Origin: Acidobacteriota bacterium
Lineage (GTDB): Bacteria > Acidobacteriota > Terriglobia > Acidiferrales > UBA7541
Assembly: GCA_013286165.1 (NCBI GenBank)
Contig: JABDGF010000002.1
Coordinates: 30,501-94,500 of the forward strand
Length of the DNA: 64,000 bases
Direction of reading: 5' to 3'
Positions 53,640 to 63,384 of the stretch are shown here, piece after piece. Numbering within the stretch: position 1 is the stretch's first letter; the number at the start of each line of letters is the position of its first letter. A program made the translations under genes and the position numbers. The notes below the pieces were generated by a model. It was given only the letters and a program-made list of their open reading frames with translations, was not told the DNA's origin and made no database searches.

Positions 53640-54827
53640 ATGCGCGTCTATCTCGATCACAATGCGACCACGCCCGTCGATCCCTCGGTGCTCGACGCGA
53701 TGCAGCCGTTTTTCTCCGACGCCTACGGCAACGCCAGCTCGATTCACTCCGCCGGCCAACGCGCGCGCGCCACAGTGGATGCTGCTCGCACTGCCGTCGC
53801 GCACCTCGTCGGCGCGAAGCCCTCTGAAATCGTCTTCACCAGCGGCGGCACCGAAGCTGACAATCTCGCAATCCTCGGCCTCATCGATTCCGCGCGTGCG
53901 GCGTCTCCTAGGCGCCCACACCTGATCACCACAGCCATCGAACATCACGCCGTGCTCAACGCCGCCGAATACGCCGCGAAGCAGGGCATCGACGTCACCT
54001 TCATCCCCGTCTCCGCAACCGGCGTCGTCGATCCCGCCGACATTCGCGCCGCGCTCCGCCCCGAGACTCTTCTGATCAGCGTGATGCACGCGAACAACGA
54101 ACTCGGCACCATTCAGCCCATCGAAGAAATCGCCAGCGTCGCCGCGGAAGCCGACGTGTACTTCCACACCGACGCCGTGCAGTCCGCGGGAAAACTCCCG
54201 CTCAACGTCAACGCGATGGGCGTCGATCTACTCACGCTCTCCGCGCACAAAATCTACGGGCCCAAGGGCGCCGGCGCGCTCTACGTCCGCAGCGGAACGC
54301 CAATCGTGCCGCAAATGTTCGGCGGCCACCATGAACGCGACCGCCGCCCCGGCACCGAAAACGTTCCGGCCATCGCCGGCTTCGGCCGCGCCGCCGAGCT
54401 CGCGGCGCAGCACCTGGCCACCGCAGACGAATCCACGCGAATCGCGCAGCTTCGCGACAAACTCGAACACGAGATTCTCGCTGCGGTCCCGGGCGCGCGC
54501 GTCAATGACGACCGCGCGCACCGTGTCGCGAACACAACAAACATCTCCTTCGATGGCGTCGCCGGCGAAGCTTTCGTCATCGCGCTCGACCTGCTGGGCA
54601 TCTCCGTTTCCACTGGCGCCGCCTGCTCCTCCGGCGCAATCGAGCCGTCGCACGTCCTCCGCGCGATTGGCCTCACCGATGCTCAAGCCGAATCAAGCAT
54701 CCGCTTCAGCCTCGGCCGCTTCACTACCGCCGCGGAAATCGACTACGTCGCCAGCACGGTGAAGGCCACGGTCGAACGCATGCGCAGCCTCGCCCCAGCG
54801 CACGCAGCGCCCACGCCGCAGCGATAA
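53640..54827 (+). CDS. Cysteine desulfurase (NifS/IscS class, YrvO-like partner of MnmA)
   Basis: 395 aa. MRVYLDHNATTP, PLP-Lys context LSAHKIYGPKG, active-site loop STGAACSSG. Confidence 0.9.
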   Translation: MRVYLDHNATTPVDPSVLDAMQPFFSDAYGNASSIHSAGQRARATVDAARTAVAHLVGAKPSEIVFTSGGTEADNLAILGLIDSARAASPRRPHLITTAIEHHAVLNAAEYAAKQGIDVTFIPVSATGVVDPADIRAALRPETLLISVMHANNELGTIQPIEEIASVAAEADVYFHTDAVQSAGKLPLNVNAMGVDLLTLSAHKIYGPKGAGALYVRSGTPIVPQMFGGHHERDRRPGTENVPAIAGFGRAAELAAQHLATADESTRIAQLRDKLEHEILAAVPGARVNDDRAHRVANTTNISFDGVAGEAFVIALDLLGISVSTGAACSSGAIEPSHVLRAIGLTDAQAESSIRFSLGRFTTAAEIDYVASTVKATVERMRSLAPAHAAPTPQR

Positions 54828-54853
54828 ATACGCTAGAATAGAAGCATCAAAAG

Positions 54854-56056
54854 ATGGCGCCACTCACCCAACTCGAAGCTCGTCCCGACGATTGCCTCGC
54901 CGACCTCCGCCTCGACTCGGCGCCGAGCGCGACCGCCGCCATCACTAGCGCAGGCACCACAGCCGTCGCCATGAGCGGCGGCGTCGATAGCTCCACCGTC
55001 GCCGCCATCCTTCACGACCGCGGCGATTCCGTCGTCGGTCTCACCATGCAGCTCTGGAATCAGCGCCGCCTGCCGCAAATGCAGCCCGCCGCTGATGCCG
55101 CGCCTGCCCACCGCTGCTGCTCGCACGACGACGTGTACGACGCGCGCCGCGTCGCCGAACACCTCGGCATGCCTTTCTACGTCGTGAATTTCGAGCGCGC
55201 TTTCGAACTCACCGTGATCAAGCCGTTCGTCGCCGATTACCTCGAAGGCCGCACGCCGATCCCGTGCACGATGTGCAACAACCACGTGAAATTCGATCAG
55301 TTGCTCACCACCGCTCGCCAAATCGGCGCCGAGCGCATCGCCACCGGCCATTACGCGCGCGTCCGATTCAACGAGCAGACGCAGCGCTACAATTTGCTGC
55401 GCGCGCGCGACGAATCGAAGGATCAGACCTACTTCCTCTTCGGCCTCACGCAGGAGCAGCTCGCGCGCACCGATTTTCCCCTCGGCGAGATGGCGAAGTC
55501 TGATGTACGCGACACCGCGCGCCGCCTGAAAGTTCCGGTCGCTGAAAAGCCCGAGAGCCAAGAAATTTGTTTTGTGCCCAGCGGAAATTACGTGAAGTTT
55601 ATCGCCAGCTATCTCGAAGAGCAGGGAAGCGCGCTGCCTGAGACTCCCGGCGACATCGTCAACACGGCCGGCGAAGTTCTCGGCCGCCACAACGGACTGC
55701 ACAGCTTCACCGTCGGCCAGCGCAAGGGGCTCGGCCTCTCAACTGGCCAGCCGATGTACGTCGTCGCGCTCGATCGCGCGCAGAATCGCCTCGTCGTTGG
55801 AGAAGACCGCGAGCTGCGCAGCACCTCGTGTGACGTGCGCGACATCAACTGGATCTCCTACGCCACGCTCGAATCACCAATCGACGCAATGGTCCGCGTG
55901 CGCAATCGCCACGAACCCGCAGCCGCACAAATCGCGCCCCTCGACGCCACCACCGCCCGCATCACCTTCGCCGACCCGCAGCGCGCCATCACCCCAGGCC
56001 AAGCCGCAGTCTTCTACCGCGGCGACGAAGTCCTAGGCGGCGGCTGGATCCGTTAG
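54854..56056 (+). CDS. mnmA: tRNA 2-thiouridine(34) synthase
   Basis: 400 aa. PP-loop [38 protein letters not shown]. Confidence 0.9.
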   Translation: MAPLTQLEARPDDCLADLRLDSAPSATAAITSAGTTAVAMSGGVDSSTVAAILHDRGDSVVGLTMQLWNQRRLPQMQPAADAAPAHRCCSHDDVYDARRVAEHLGMPFYVVNFERAFELTVIKPFVADYLEGRTPIPCTMCNNHVKFDQLLTTARQIGAERIATGHYARVRFNEQTQRYNLLRARDESKDQTYFLFGLTQEQLARTDFPLGEMAKSDVRDTARRLKVPVAEKPESQEICFVPSGNYVKFIASYLEEQGSALPETPGDIVNTAGEVLGRHNGLHSFTVGQRKGLGLSTGQPMYVVALDRAQNRLVVGEDRELRSTSCDVRDINWISYATLESPIDAMVRVRNRHEPAAAQIAPLDATTARITFADPQRAITPGQAAVFYRGDEVLGGGWIR

Positions 56057-56183
56057 CCGCGCACTTTCGTGTTTTCCGTCATCCTGAGGCCGTACACGGC
56101 CGAAGGACCTCTCTTCGTATTCGTTAGCACACACCATTACGCGAAATTCACCACGGAGAAAAACTCAGGAGGGAATTACCGGT

Positions 56184-56702
56184 TCAAATAAACAGCTCTT
56201 CGTCTTGCTCGAGGCCTTCGACGTCGACGGACGACCGTCGCTCGCCGCGTACGTTGCGTAGGAGGTCGAGACCGACTTTGATCCCTTTCATCACGGCCGA
56301 AGCCTGCTTGATCGGGCCCCACAAAGTCGAACGGAACTTCGTGCCCGTCTCTTCCACGACCTCAAGCGCGCCACTCAGAATCTGGTCCGCGCGAATCACC
56401 TGAATGCGCAGCCGCTCCACGGCCTCGGTAAAGACGCGGTCCACCTTCTGCGCCTGGCCGCGTGCAATGCGCGTAATCTCCGCGCTGTCGCCCATGATGC
56501 TCGCGATGCGCGTCTCGGAGTCGTCCAAAATCCGGCTCGTGCGCAGCAAGATCGGATCTACGCGCGACTGCAAGTCCGTCGCGATACGCGTGAATTTTTC
56601 GATCGCCGTCTTCATCTGAAAAAACATCGCCATCAAGATGGCCATCTGCAGAAAAATGGCCACCGCAGCGATTACGATGAACGCTTCGACCCAGCCGGGC
56701 AT
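56184..56702 (-). CDS. Membrane-anchored coiled-coil protein (DUF948-like)
   Basis: 172 aa. Single N-terminal TM (VEAFIVIAAVAIFLQMAILMAMFF) followed by a helical region. Family call is tentative. Confidence 0.55.
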   Translation of the reverse strand: MPGWVEAFIVIAAVAIFLQMAILMAMFFQMKTAIEKFTRIATDLQSRVDPILLRTSRILDDSETRIASIMGDSAEITRIARGQAQKVDRVFTEAVERLRIQVIRADQILSGALEVVEETGTKFRSTLWGPIKQASAVMKGIKVGLDLLRNVRGERRSSVDVEGLEQDEELFI

Positions 56703-56723
56703 GTACGCCTCGTTTGTGATTTT

Positions 56724-57017
56724 TTAGGAGACTTTCGATTCGCGCCGGTAAGTTTCCTTGCCGGCTTCCACTGCGGTGTTCACGGCGTCCTTCTGCCGGG
56801 CCATGATTTCCTTGCTGCGCTCGAGCAGGTCTTCGGCGCGTTCACGAAGTTCCTTGGCCTTGCGCTGAGCAAATTCGCGGCCGTCGTCGGCCTTTCCAGT
56901 GAGGTATTCGCGCGTTTCTTCGCCGGACTTAGGGGCGAAAAGAAGGCCCATTAGAGCGCCAATGCCCATGCCCACAATGAAGAAGCTGATCTTGGAACCT
57001 GCGTTGTTGTCACTCAT
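56724..57017 (-). CDS. YtxH-domain protein
   Basis: 97 aa. FFIVGMGIGALMGLLFAPKSGEETREYL followed by a charged helix. Confidence 0.8.
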   Translation of the reverse strand: MSDNNAGSKISFFIVGMGIGALMGLLFAPKSGEETREYLTGKADDGREFAQRKAKELRERAEDLLERSKEIMARQKDAVNTAVEAGKETYRRESKVS

Positions 57018-57181
57018 CTCGCACCTCGCACTGGCGAGAGTAGCACACGCTCCGCGGGAGGCGCAAAGGGGTAAACGCCGTAGTTATAAAATTTTAAGCG
57101 GTCCTCCATACGGAGCCGTACGGTCTTTCCGGGGCATTGGGGTTCTATCTTAATGCGCAGTTTTGCAGGCATGGCTGAACC

Positions 57182-57331
57182 CGTGACCAACTGAGAGTTG
57201 GTCGCGCTCAGACTTGAAAGTCTAAGCTACAGCTCGCTGCGCTCGCCGAAGACACCCCGCTGAGAGCGGGGTGCAGACAGGCTGAGAGCCTTGTCCCACT
57301 GAGCTAGTGATTGACGGCCTGAGAGGCTGTC
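57182..57331. other. Array of four stem-loops sharing the heptaloop CTGAGAG (candidate structured RNA or protein-binding sites)
   Basis: H1 57182-57206 (GACCAA/TTGGTC), H3 57253-57273 (CACCCCG/CGGGGTG), H4 57276-57295 (GACAGG/CCT(T)GTC), H6 57313-57331 (GACGGC/GCTGTC). Loops at 57191-57197, 57260-57266, 57282-57288 and 57319-57325 are identical while the stems differ. Confidence 0.45.
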
Positions 57332-57340
57332 CCAATGGGA

Positions 57341-59209
57341 TCATTTCGCAGCGCCGGCGTCGCCGGGCGAGACCTCTTCTGTATGCAACGCGTTGTACAC
57401 CTTCAACGCCTGCGACTTAGCCACTTCCTCCATCAACTCATCCACCGTCAATTTCCTCAGCTGCGCCACACTCCCAAATCTCCGCAACAGCTTCTTTGCC
57501 GTAGCATCGCCCACACCAGCAATCTCCGTTAGCGAAGTTCTCAACCGCTTCGCCGACCTCCGCTGCCGATGAAACGTCACAGCAAATCTGTGCGTCTCGT
57601 CGCGAATCATTTGTATCAAGTGCAGCACCGGCGAATGGTGGTCGAGAGCAATCGGCTCATTCTCACGCCCGAGCACGTATAAAATTTCTTCCTTCTTGGC
57701 GATGCTCGCGAGCGGCTGGTTGATAATCGCAAGCTTGTCGAGTGCCTTCGCCGCCGCGTGCAACTGTCCAAGCCCACCGTCGATCAAAATCAAACTCGGC
57801 AGCGGCTTATTCTCCGTCTGCAACCGTGAATACCGCCGCGTCACCACTTCTTCCATGCTCGCAAAATCGTCGCGCAAAATTCCCGCGGCCTTCTCGACGG
57901 AGCCCTCGGGCATCGCCTCGCCGCGAATAATAAATTTCCGGTAGTCGGACTTCTTCATCTTGCCCGCTTCCCACACGACCATCGACGCCACTGTGTCCGA
58001 TCCCTGAATGTGCGAGATGTCGAAGCACTCAATTCGTTTGGGCGTTTCGGGCAGATCAAGCGCGCTCTCGAGCGCCTCCGCGATCGCTTCGCCGCTGGGC
58101 TTCAACACGCGGAATCGCTGCGTGAACGAGTGCTTCGCGTTCTTCTCCACCAGCTCCAGAAACGCGTGCTTCAGCCCGCGCTGAGGATTCAAAATCTCCA
58201 CGCGGTGCCCGGCCTTTTCAGTGAGCACCTCTTCGAGCAATTCGCGATCCTCGAATTCGAACGGCGTGTGAATGAATCGCGGCAGGTACGCGGCGTCCAA
58301 ATAGAGCTGCTTCAGCAGTGACGGCAAAAATTCGTTCGCGTCGAACTCCTCGAGGTTCTCCCAATAGAAATCGCGTCGGTCCACCACGCGCCCGCCGCGC
58401 AGGTGAAACACGTTCACCGCCGCTTGGGGAGGCTCCGCGTACCACGCGACCACATCCGTATCGTCGCCCTCAGCCGCCGCGATTTTCTGACGCTCTTCCA
58501 TCTCTTCGAGCGTCTTCAACAGATCGCGATAGCCGGCCGCTTCCTCGAAGCGTTCCTCGTTCGACGCAACCTCCATCCGCGATTCCAGACTTTTCGAAAG
58601 GTCGCTGCGCCGTCCATCCAAAAACAATTTCACGTCGCGCGCCGATTCCGCGTAGCGCTCGTCCGTCACGAGGCCCGCAACGCACGGCCCCAGGCACCGG
58701 TGAATGTAATACTGCAGACATGGTCGCGGGTGAGAACGCGTCAGGTCCACCGTGCACGACGGCACGCGAAAATGTTTGTGGATCAAATGGACGAGCCGGT
58801 AAGCGAGCCGGGCAGGGAAGTACGGCCCAAAATAAATCGAGCCGTCCTTATCGAGCCGCCGCGTCACGTACACGCGCGGAAATTTCTCGTACGCCGTGTA
58901 CTTGATGTACGGGTAGGTCTTGTCGTCGCGCAGCAGAATGTTGAACTTCGGCTTGTGCTGCTTGATCAGGTTGTTTTCGAGCGCCAACGCCTCACGCTGG
59001 TTATCGACCACGATGTACTGCAGGTCCGCGATCTCTCGCACCAGCGAGCCGGTCTTCGCATCCTGCCAGCGCGACTCCAGAAAATACGACCGCACACGGT
59101 TGCGCAGCGAATTCGCTTTGCCCACGTACAGAATCTTCCCGGCGGCGTCCTCGAACAGGTACACACCGGGCTGCAGGGGAAGTTGGGCGACTTTTTCGCG
59201 GAGTTCCAT
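57341..59209 (-). CDS. uvrC: Excinuclease ABC subunit C
   Basis: 622 aa. GIY-YIG N-terminus (PGVYLFEDAAGKILYVGKANSLRNR), UvrB-interacting region, Endo V-like domain and C-terminal (HhH)2. Confidence 0.95.
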   Translation of the reverse strand: MELREKVAQLPLQPGVYLFEDAAGKILYVGKANSLRNRVRSYFLESRWQDAKTGSLVREIADLQYIVVDNQREALALENNLIKQHKPKFNILLRDDKTYPYIKYTAYEKFPRVYVTRRLDKDGSIYFGPYFPARLAYRLVHLIHKHFRVPSCTVDLTRSHPRPCLQYYIHRCLGPCVAGLVTDERYAESARDVKLFLDGRRSDLSKSLESRMEVASNEERFEEAAGYRDLLKTLEEMEERQKIAAAEGDDTDVVAWYAEPPQAAVNVFHLRGGRVVDRRDFYWENLEEFDANEFLPSLLKQLYLDAAYLPRFIHTPFEFEDRELLEEVLTEKAGHRVEILNPQRGLKHAFLELVEKNAKHSFTQRFRVLKPSGEAIAEALESALDLPETPKRIECFDISHIQGSDTVASMVVWEAGKMKKSDYRKFIIRGEAMPEGSVEKAAGILRDDFASMEEVVTRRYSRLQTENKPLPSLILIDGGLGQLHAAAKALDKLAIINQPLASIAKKEEILYVLGRENEPIALDHHSPVLHLIQMIRDETHRFAVTFHRQRRSAKRLRTSLTEIAGVGDATAKKLLRRFGSVAQLRKLTVDELMEEVAKSQALKVYNALHTEEVSPGDAGAAK

Positions 59210-59337
59210 TCTGGCGCGTTACAATAAGGACTGGCTGACGTTCGGAGCGCTCGAGCCGGGCAACGCTCGTGCAACTCCGATGATAACAAAACGAATCTAA
59301 GTCCTACGAATCGGTACCGAGACACCTGAGACAAGCG

Positions 59338-60057
59338 ATGCGCGCTAAAACCCTCACACCGGCGTTCCTGGCAGTTGCAGCGCTAGCGTTTTGCGCCGTG
59401 CCGTCGCGCGCGCAGCAGTCTTCGCAAACGCCGCAGCCGCAGTCCGGCGACTCATCGCAGCCGACGCAGCCCAATCAGGCGAGTCCGCAGGATGGCCCGC
59501 TGCCTCCGCCGCCGGCGGCCAATCCACCGCGCCCTTCAAGCACGTCGGGCAATAACGACGGGCCGCAGTGGTCTTCCTCAAAACGCGCTGACGCGGATGA
59601 CGACGATTCCAGTTCGAGTTCTAAAGACGATTCGAGCGGCGACTCCAACAAAGCCAAGCCCAGACCAAAGACGAACGGCTCTCAATACTCAGACGATACG
59701 TCCGACTCGTCGGATGCAAACGATTCCGGCCCGCGTCCGCCCTCGAAAGCCAAGCCCGGGCAGCTGCCGCCGGAATCCGATTCCGCCTGGGATCCTTTCC
59801 ACGCCGCGCAGGATGTGGACGTCGGAAAGTTCTACATGGACAAAGGCGACTACGACGCGGCCATCACGCGTTTTGAAGATGCGATTCGCCTGCAAGGGAA
59901 TTTCGCGAAGCCGCGCGCGCTGATCGCCGAAGCCTACGAGAAAAAGGGCGACAAGGAAAACGCCGTCCACTACTACCAGGAATATCTGAAGGTCCTACCC
60001 AACGCCGCCGACGCCAAAAAAGTCCAAAAGAAAATCGCCCAACTCCAGTCCAAGTAA
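59338..60057 (+). CDS. Secreted low-complexity/TPR protein
   Basis: 239 aa. Signal peptide, about 130-aa S/D/P/Q-rich region, and C-terminal TPR pair (GKFYMDKGDYDAAITRFEDAIRL..AEAYEKKGDKENAVHYYQEYLKV). Confidence 0.7.
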   Translation: MRAKTLTPAFLAVAALAFCAVPSRAQQSSQTPQPQSGDSSQPTQPNQASPQDGPLPPPPAANPPRPSSTSGNNDGPQWSSSKRADADDDDSSSSSKDDSSGDSNKAKPRPKTNGSQYSDDTSDSSDANDSGPRPPSKAKPGQLPPESDSAWDPFHAAQDVDVGKFYMDKGDYDAAITRFEDAIRLQGNFAKPRALIAEAYEKKGDKENAVHYYQEYLKVLPNAADAKKVQKKIAQLQSK

Positions 60058-60154
60058 CTAGGCCTCGTCCCCGCTTTTCACGTCATCCAGAGGCTCGTTG
60101 ACAGGCCGAAGGCTCTCTGTTCGCTGTTCGCGGGCGACGAGCACCACACTCACC

Positions 60155-60874
60155 CTATCTTCCCGGCATCCGATCCAAAAACCGTATCGCCGCGTTGTAG
60201 TCCACATACTTCTTTTCTTCGCGTCGAAATTCCGGACCGTGCGACTCACGCCTGCACCGCGCGAACTTCATCGGATGCTTCACGTGCAGCATCTCGTGAT
60301 ACATCACATACGCCACCACAAACCGAGGCACAGTGTCCCTGTCGAGCTGCTTATTAATCACGATCTGCTGCAGCGCCGGATCAAAGCACCCCAGCTGCGA
60401 CCGCCACACGCGCGAACTCCACCCCAGCGTCGGCTTCGCCAGTCCACCTTCGAAATACCGCCGGTTCAATTCGTCGAACATCGCGTCCAGATCGTGATGC
60501 CGCCCCGACGGACGATGCGCCGCCCGCCGCCCGCGCGCCTGCCGCAGCGAATGAACTCGATCGCGCACCTCATGCGAGTAGGAAAATTGCCGGTATGTCT
60601 CCACCAATTCGCGCGGCGCGCGCCTTCGATACAAACGCCCCAGCAAAATCGCCGCCGCCGCTTCCACCACCGTCGGCGGGGCATCGTGCAACGCATCGGA
60701 AAGGCGCACGTGCGCCACATCCTCGCGCAGCCGGATCGTCAGCGTGAGCCCGGCGTACGGGTGATACTCCACCACAAACTGCGGCGGCCGCCCCTTGCAA
60801 CCGATGCGCGTGAAAATTCTCTGGAAAATCGTGTCACCGCCCGGCACGGCGACGCGTTCGCGCCTTCTGGTCAA
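60155..60874 (-). CDS. SprT-like zinc metalloprotease
   Basis: 239 aa. FDELNRRYFEGGL..LGWSSR..QLGCF.., HExxH as YHEMLHV, downstream HGPEFRREE. ATGA overlap with the upstream ORF. Confidence 0.75.
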   Translation of the reverse strand: MTRRRERVAVPGGDTIFQRIFTRIGCKGRPPQFVVEYHPYAGLTLTIRLREDVAHVRLSDALHDAPPTVVEAAAAILLGRLYRRRAPRELVETYRQFSYSHEVRDRVHSLRQARGRRAAHRPSGRHHDLDAMFDELNRRYFEGGLAKPTLGWSSRVWRSQLGCFDPALQQIVINKQLDRDTVPRFVVAYVMYHEMLHVKHPMKFARCRRESHGPEFRREEKKYVDYNAAIRFLDRMPGR

Positions 60875-61440
60875 TTCGGCTTCCTCCGCACCGGCACCGG
60901 CGTCAATTCTTTTTGCGCTGCGGTCACGTCGTTGATCGCGTCCTGCGTTCCTTCGAGCGCATCGTCGAGCGTTTCCTTGTAGAGATCGTATTCCGGGCCG
61001 CCTTCATGCAGCTTCTGCAGCTGCGTCATGAAATCCTTGGTCTTCGCGTCCATAATTTTCAGCGCGGGGCGGATATCCACCTGCTTTTCGCGCGCAACGC
61101 TGATTTGATCGGCCGCGTCGTCCACGCAACTCTGATACGCATTCAGTAGCCCGTTCAAAATTTCCGACCGCCGCCCTTCGGGATTCTTGCGGGTCAGCTC
61201 GTACTGAAATTTCTTCAGCCGGTCCTCGGCAAACCCAATGAAAAGTTTCAGTTTGTCGCCCGGCTCGTACGCGTCGCGGATCTTGTCGCTCTCCGCCTGC
61301 GTGAGGTAATCCTTCCGGGTTTCCTGCGCGGTCGCGTGCACGCGCGGTACAAAACTGCCCGCGCTAACCACCGCGCACACAAGCACCGCCGCCGTCATCG
61401 CTCGCATGGAGAATCTTCGCATGACCATTCGCCGCAGCAT
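60871..61440 (-). CDS. Secreted hypothetical helical protein
   Basis: 189 aa. Signal-like MTAAVLVCAVVSAGSFVPRVHA, charged helical body. No family recognised. Confidence 0.6.
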   Translation of the reverse strand: MLRRMVMRRFSMRAMTAAVLVCAVVSAGSFVPRVHATAQETRKDYLTQAESDKIRDAYEPGDKLKLFIGFAEDRLKKFQYELTRKNPEGRRSEILNGLLNAYQSCVDDAADQISVAREKQVDIRPALKIMDAKTKDFMTQLQKLHEGGPEYDLYKETLDDALEGTQDAINDVTAAQKELTPVPVRRKPN

Positions 61441-61449
61441 CGCAACCTC

Positions 61450-62025
61450 CTACGGCTTCGGAGTAGCCGGCGCCGGGGGCTGTCCAGCGTCCCCAGCTCC
61501 CGCCGTTCCAGCCGGCTGTTCGGTCGGTCGCCCAGCGGGCTGGCCCGCTAGTCGTCCACTCACCGCGCCGTCCGGCCGCTTCGGGAAGAGCGCCAGCATT
61601 AACGCCCCATCGATCTCGTTCAAGCTATCGCGCGCTTCCAGAAACGGCTTTTGCTCGTCTAGTGAAAGCGTCGGCAGAATATCCTCGTTGATGCGCCGCA
61701 ACGTCCGCCGAACCGAAATCTGCATTTGCCGGTAGCCATCCGGATGGGCCTCGGGATCGTGAACTTTCTTATCGAGCGCCTCGCGGCATTCCGCCGCCTC
61801 GTCCGCCATTTGTTTTACGATGGCGCCCGCTTCCGCCGCGTTGTCCGACTTCAACAGCCCTTGCACCTCGACGTATTCCGACTCGGCCAGCTGCGGCAGG
61901 ATTTTCGCTTTGTGCACGGCGTTTGTTTCTTTCACGTAGCGCGCGCGAATCTCCGCGGTTTTATCCGGCGTCGCTTGCATGGCAGCGAGCACGAAGGCGA
62001 GAACGAGGATTGTGGGCCGCAACAT
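61450..62025 (-). CDS. Secreted hypothetical helical protein with Pro/Gly/Ala tail
   Basis: 191 aa. Signal-like MLRPTILVLAFVLAAMQA. No family recognised. Confidence 0.6.
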   Translation of the reverse strand: MLRPTILVLAFVLAAMQATPDKTAEIRARYVKETNAVHKAKILPQLAESEYVEVQGLLKSDNAAEAGAIVKQMADEAAECREALDKKVHDPEAHPDGYRQMQISVRRTLRRINEDILPTLSLDEQKPFLEARDSLNEIDGALMLALFPKRPDGAVSGRLAGQPAGRPTEQPAGTAGAGDAGQPPAPATPKP

Positions 62026-62040
62026 TTCGCTGCGGGAATT

Positions 62041-63384
62041 TTACCTCTTTTTCTCGGCTATCTCACGGGTCAGCGTGCGGGCGCGCGCCGAGGCCTCAAA
62101 ATACATGTCCGAATTCTCGTCGGTGTTCATGGAAAGGAACTTCTGATACGCCGCCAGCGCCTCCGGCTTGTGATTCAGGCTGTCCCAGCAGCTCGCGCGG
62201 ACGAACCAGCTTCCCATCGGCAGCGGCGTATGCTTTTCCATCACTTCGAGAAGCTGCAGCGTCGCGGAATAATTTTTGCCGAGATACTCCGCGAGGATCA
62301 GATCCTTCAACACGTCTTCGGAAGAGGGATTCGCTTTCAGCGCGACGATCAGCTCTTTCGCGGCCTCCGCGTAGTCCTTTTTCTCGAGCAGCGCGTGACC
62401 CAGCTCGGCAGGGTAGTCGGGATTCGCGGGCGCAATCGCGATGAGCTTCTGCAGCACGAGAACCATCCCGGCATAATCTTTTTTGTGGAAGAGAATCGCG
62501 ACGCGCAGCCTCATCGCCGATTCGGTCTCCGGCGCCTTTGAAGCGGCCACCGCAGCGTCCAGCGCCGCGAGCGCCTCATCATCCTTGCCCGCCTTCGCAA
62601 GCAGGGAAGCTTGGTCGAGCTGCGAAACCGGATCGTTCGGCCGGAGCGCCGAGTATTTTTTCAATTCTTCGGCGGCCGCGTCGCTCTTACCTTGTAACGT
62701 GAGACTTTGCGAAAGCCCTAGATGGCCCGGCGCGTAGTCCGGCTGAATCGCGAGCGCCGCGCGAAATTCCGTCTCCGCCTGATCCGCTTTCTTTTGCTGC
62801 AGCAACACGCGCGCCAGCCCCGCATGCGCCTCGAAATTCTTTGGATCGATCTTTACTGCCACGGCGTCGAACCTCTCCGCATCCGCCGGCTTATTCGTCC
62901 GCTCGTACGCCGCAGCCAACGCCAGGTTCGCTTCGATCTGATTCGGCTTTAGCGCCACCGCTTGTGAAAGCGGCCCGATCGCCTTTGCCGGATCGGTCTG
63001 CAAAAGCGTCAGCCCCAAATTGAGCTGCGCCTCCGCCATCGACGGATCGATGTCCACCGCTTTCTGGTATTCCGCAACCGCATCCGCAGTCCGCCCCATC
63101 GCGGTGTATGTGTAGCCGAGCTGGAAATGAACGGGAGCGTAATCCGGCTTCTTGGCGAGGAAATCCTGAAAATCTTTCGCGGCCGTCGCGTAATCTTTCG
63201 CGTCCAGCGCCGCCTGCGCATCGGCCAGCAGTTTATTCAGCACGGCTACATCGGGATCTTGCGGGACTTTACGGCGCGACTCTCCCACCACCTGCGCGCC
63301 CGCCGCCACACACCCAAGCGTCGCGCCGCTCATCAGCGCGCAGCACGCGAGCGTTCTGAACATTTTCCCGTACACAGCGTTCAT
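62041..63384 (-). CDS. Secreted TPR-repeat protein
   Basis: 447 aa with a signal peptide and about ten TPR-like units (e.g. [29 protein letters not shown]). The start overlaps the uvrA stop. Confidence 0.8.
   Translation of the reverse strand: MNAVYGKMFRTLACCALMSGATLGCVAAGAQVVGESRRKVPQDPDVAVLNKLLADAQAALDAKDYATAAKDFQDFLAKKPDYAPVHFQLGYTYTAMGRTADAVAEYQKAVDIDPSMAEAQLNLGLTLLQTDPAKAIGPLSQAVALKPNQIEANLALAAAYERTNKPADAERFDAVAVKIDPKNFEAHAGLARVLLQQKKADQAETEFRAALAIQPDYAPGHLGLSQSLTLQGKSDAAAEELKKYSALRPNDPVSQLDQASLLAKAGKDDEALAALDAAVAASKAPETESAMRLRVAILFHKKDYAGMVLVLQKLIAIAPANPDYPAELGHALLEKKDYAEAAKELIVALKANPSSEDVLKDLILAEYLGKNYSATLQLLEVMEKHTPLPMGSWFVRASCWDSLNHKPEALAAYQKFLSMNTDENSDMYFEASARARTLTREIAEKKR

Noticed and set aside
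53481-54167. Upstream extension of the M61 ORF to 54167
   Set aside because: The extension runs antisense through the cysteine desulfurase gene and is Gly/Arg/Asp-rich. ATG 53480 gives a canonical signal peptide.
57018-57340. tRNA gene or CRISPR array in the ytxH-uvrC spacer
   Set aside because: The loops fit anticodon-loop syntax and one stretch (TAGCTCAGTGGGA on the minus strand) recalls a D-arm. However, no acceptor, D and T arms assemble into a cloverleaf. The hairpin spacing (68, 22, 37 nt, loop start to loop start) is irregular and the repeated part is only the 7-nt loop, so it is not a CRISPR array.
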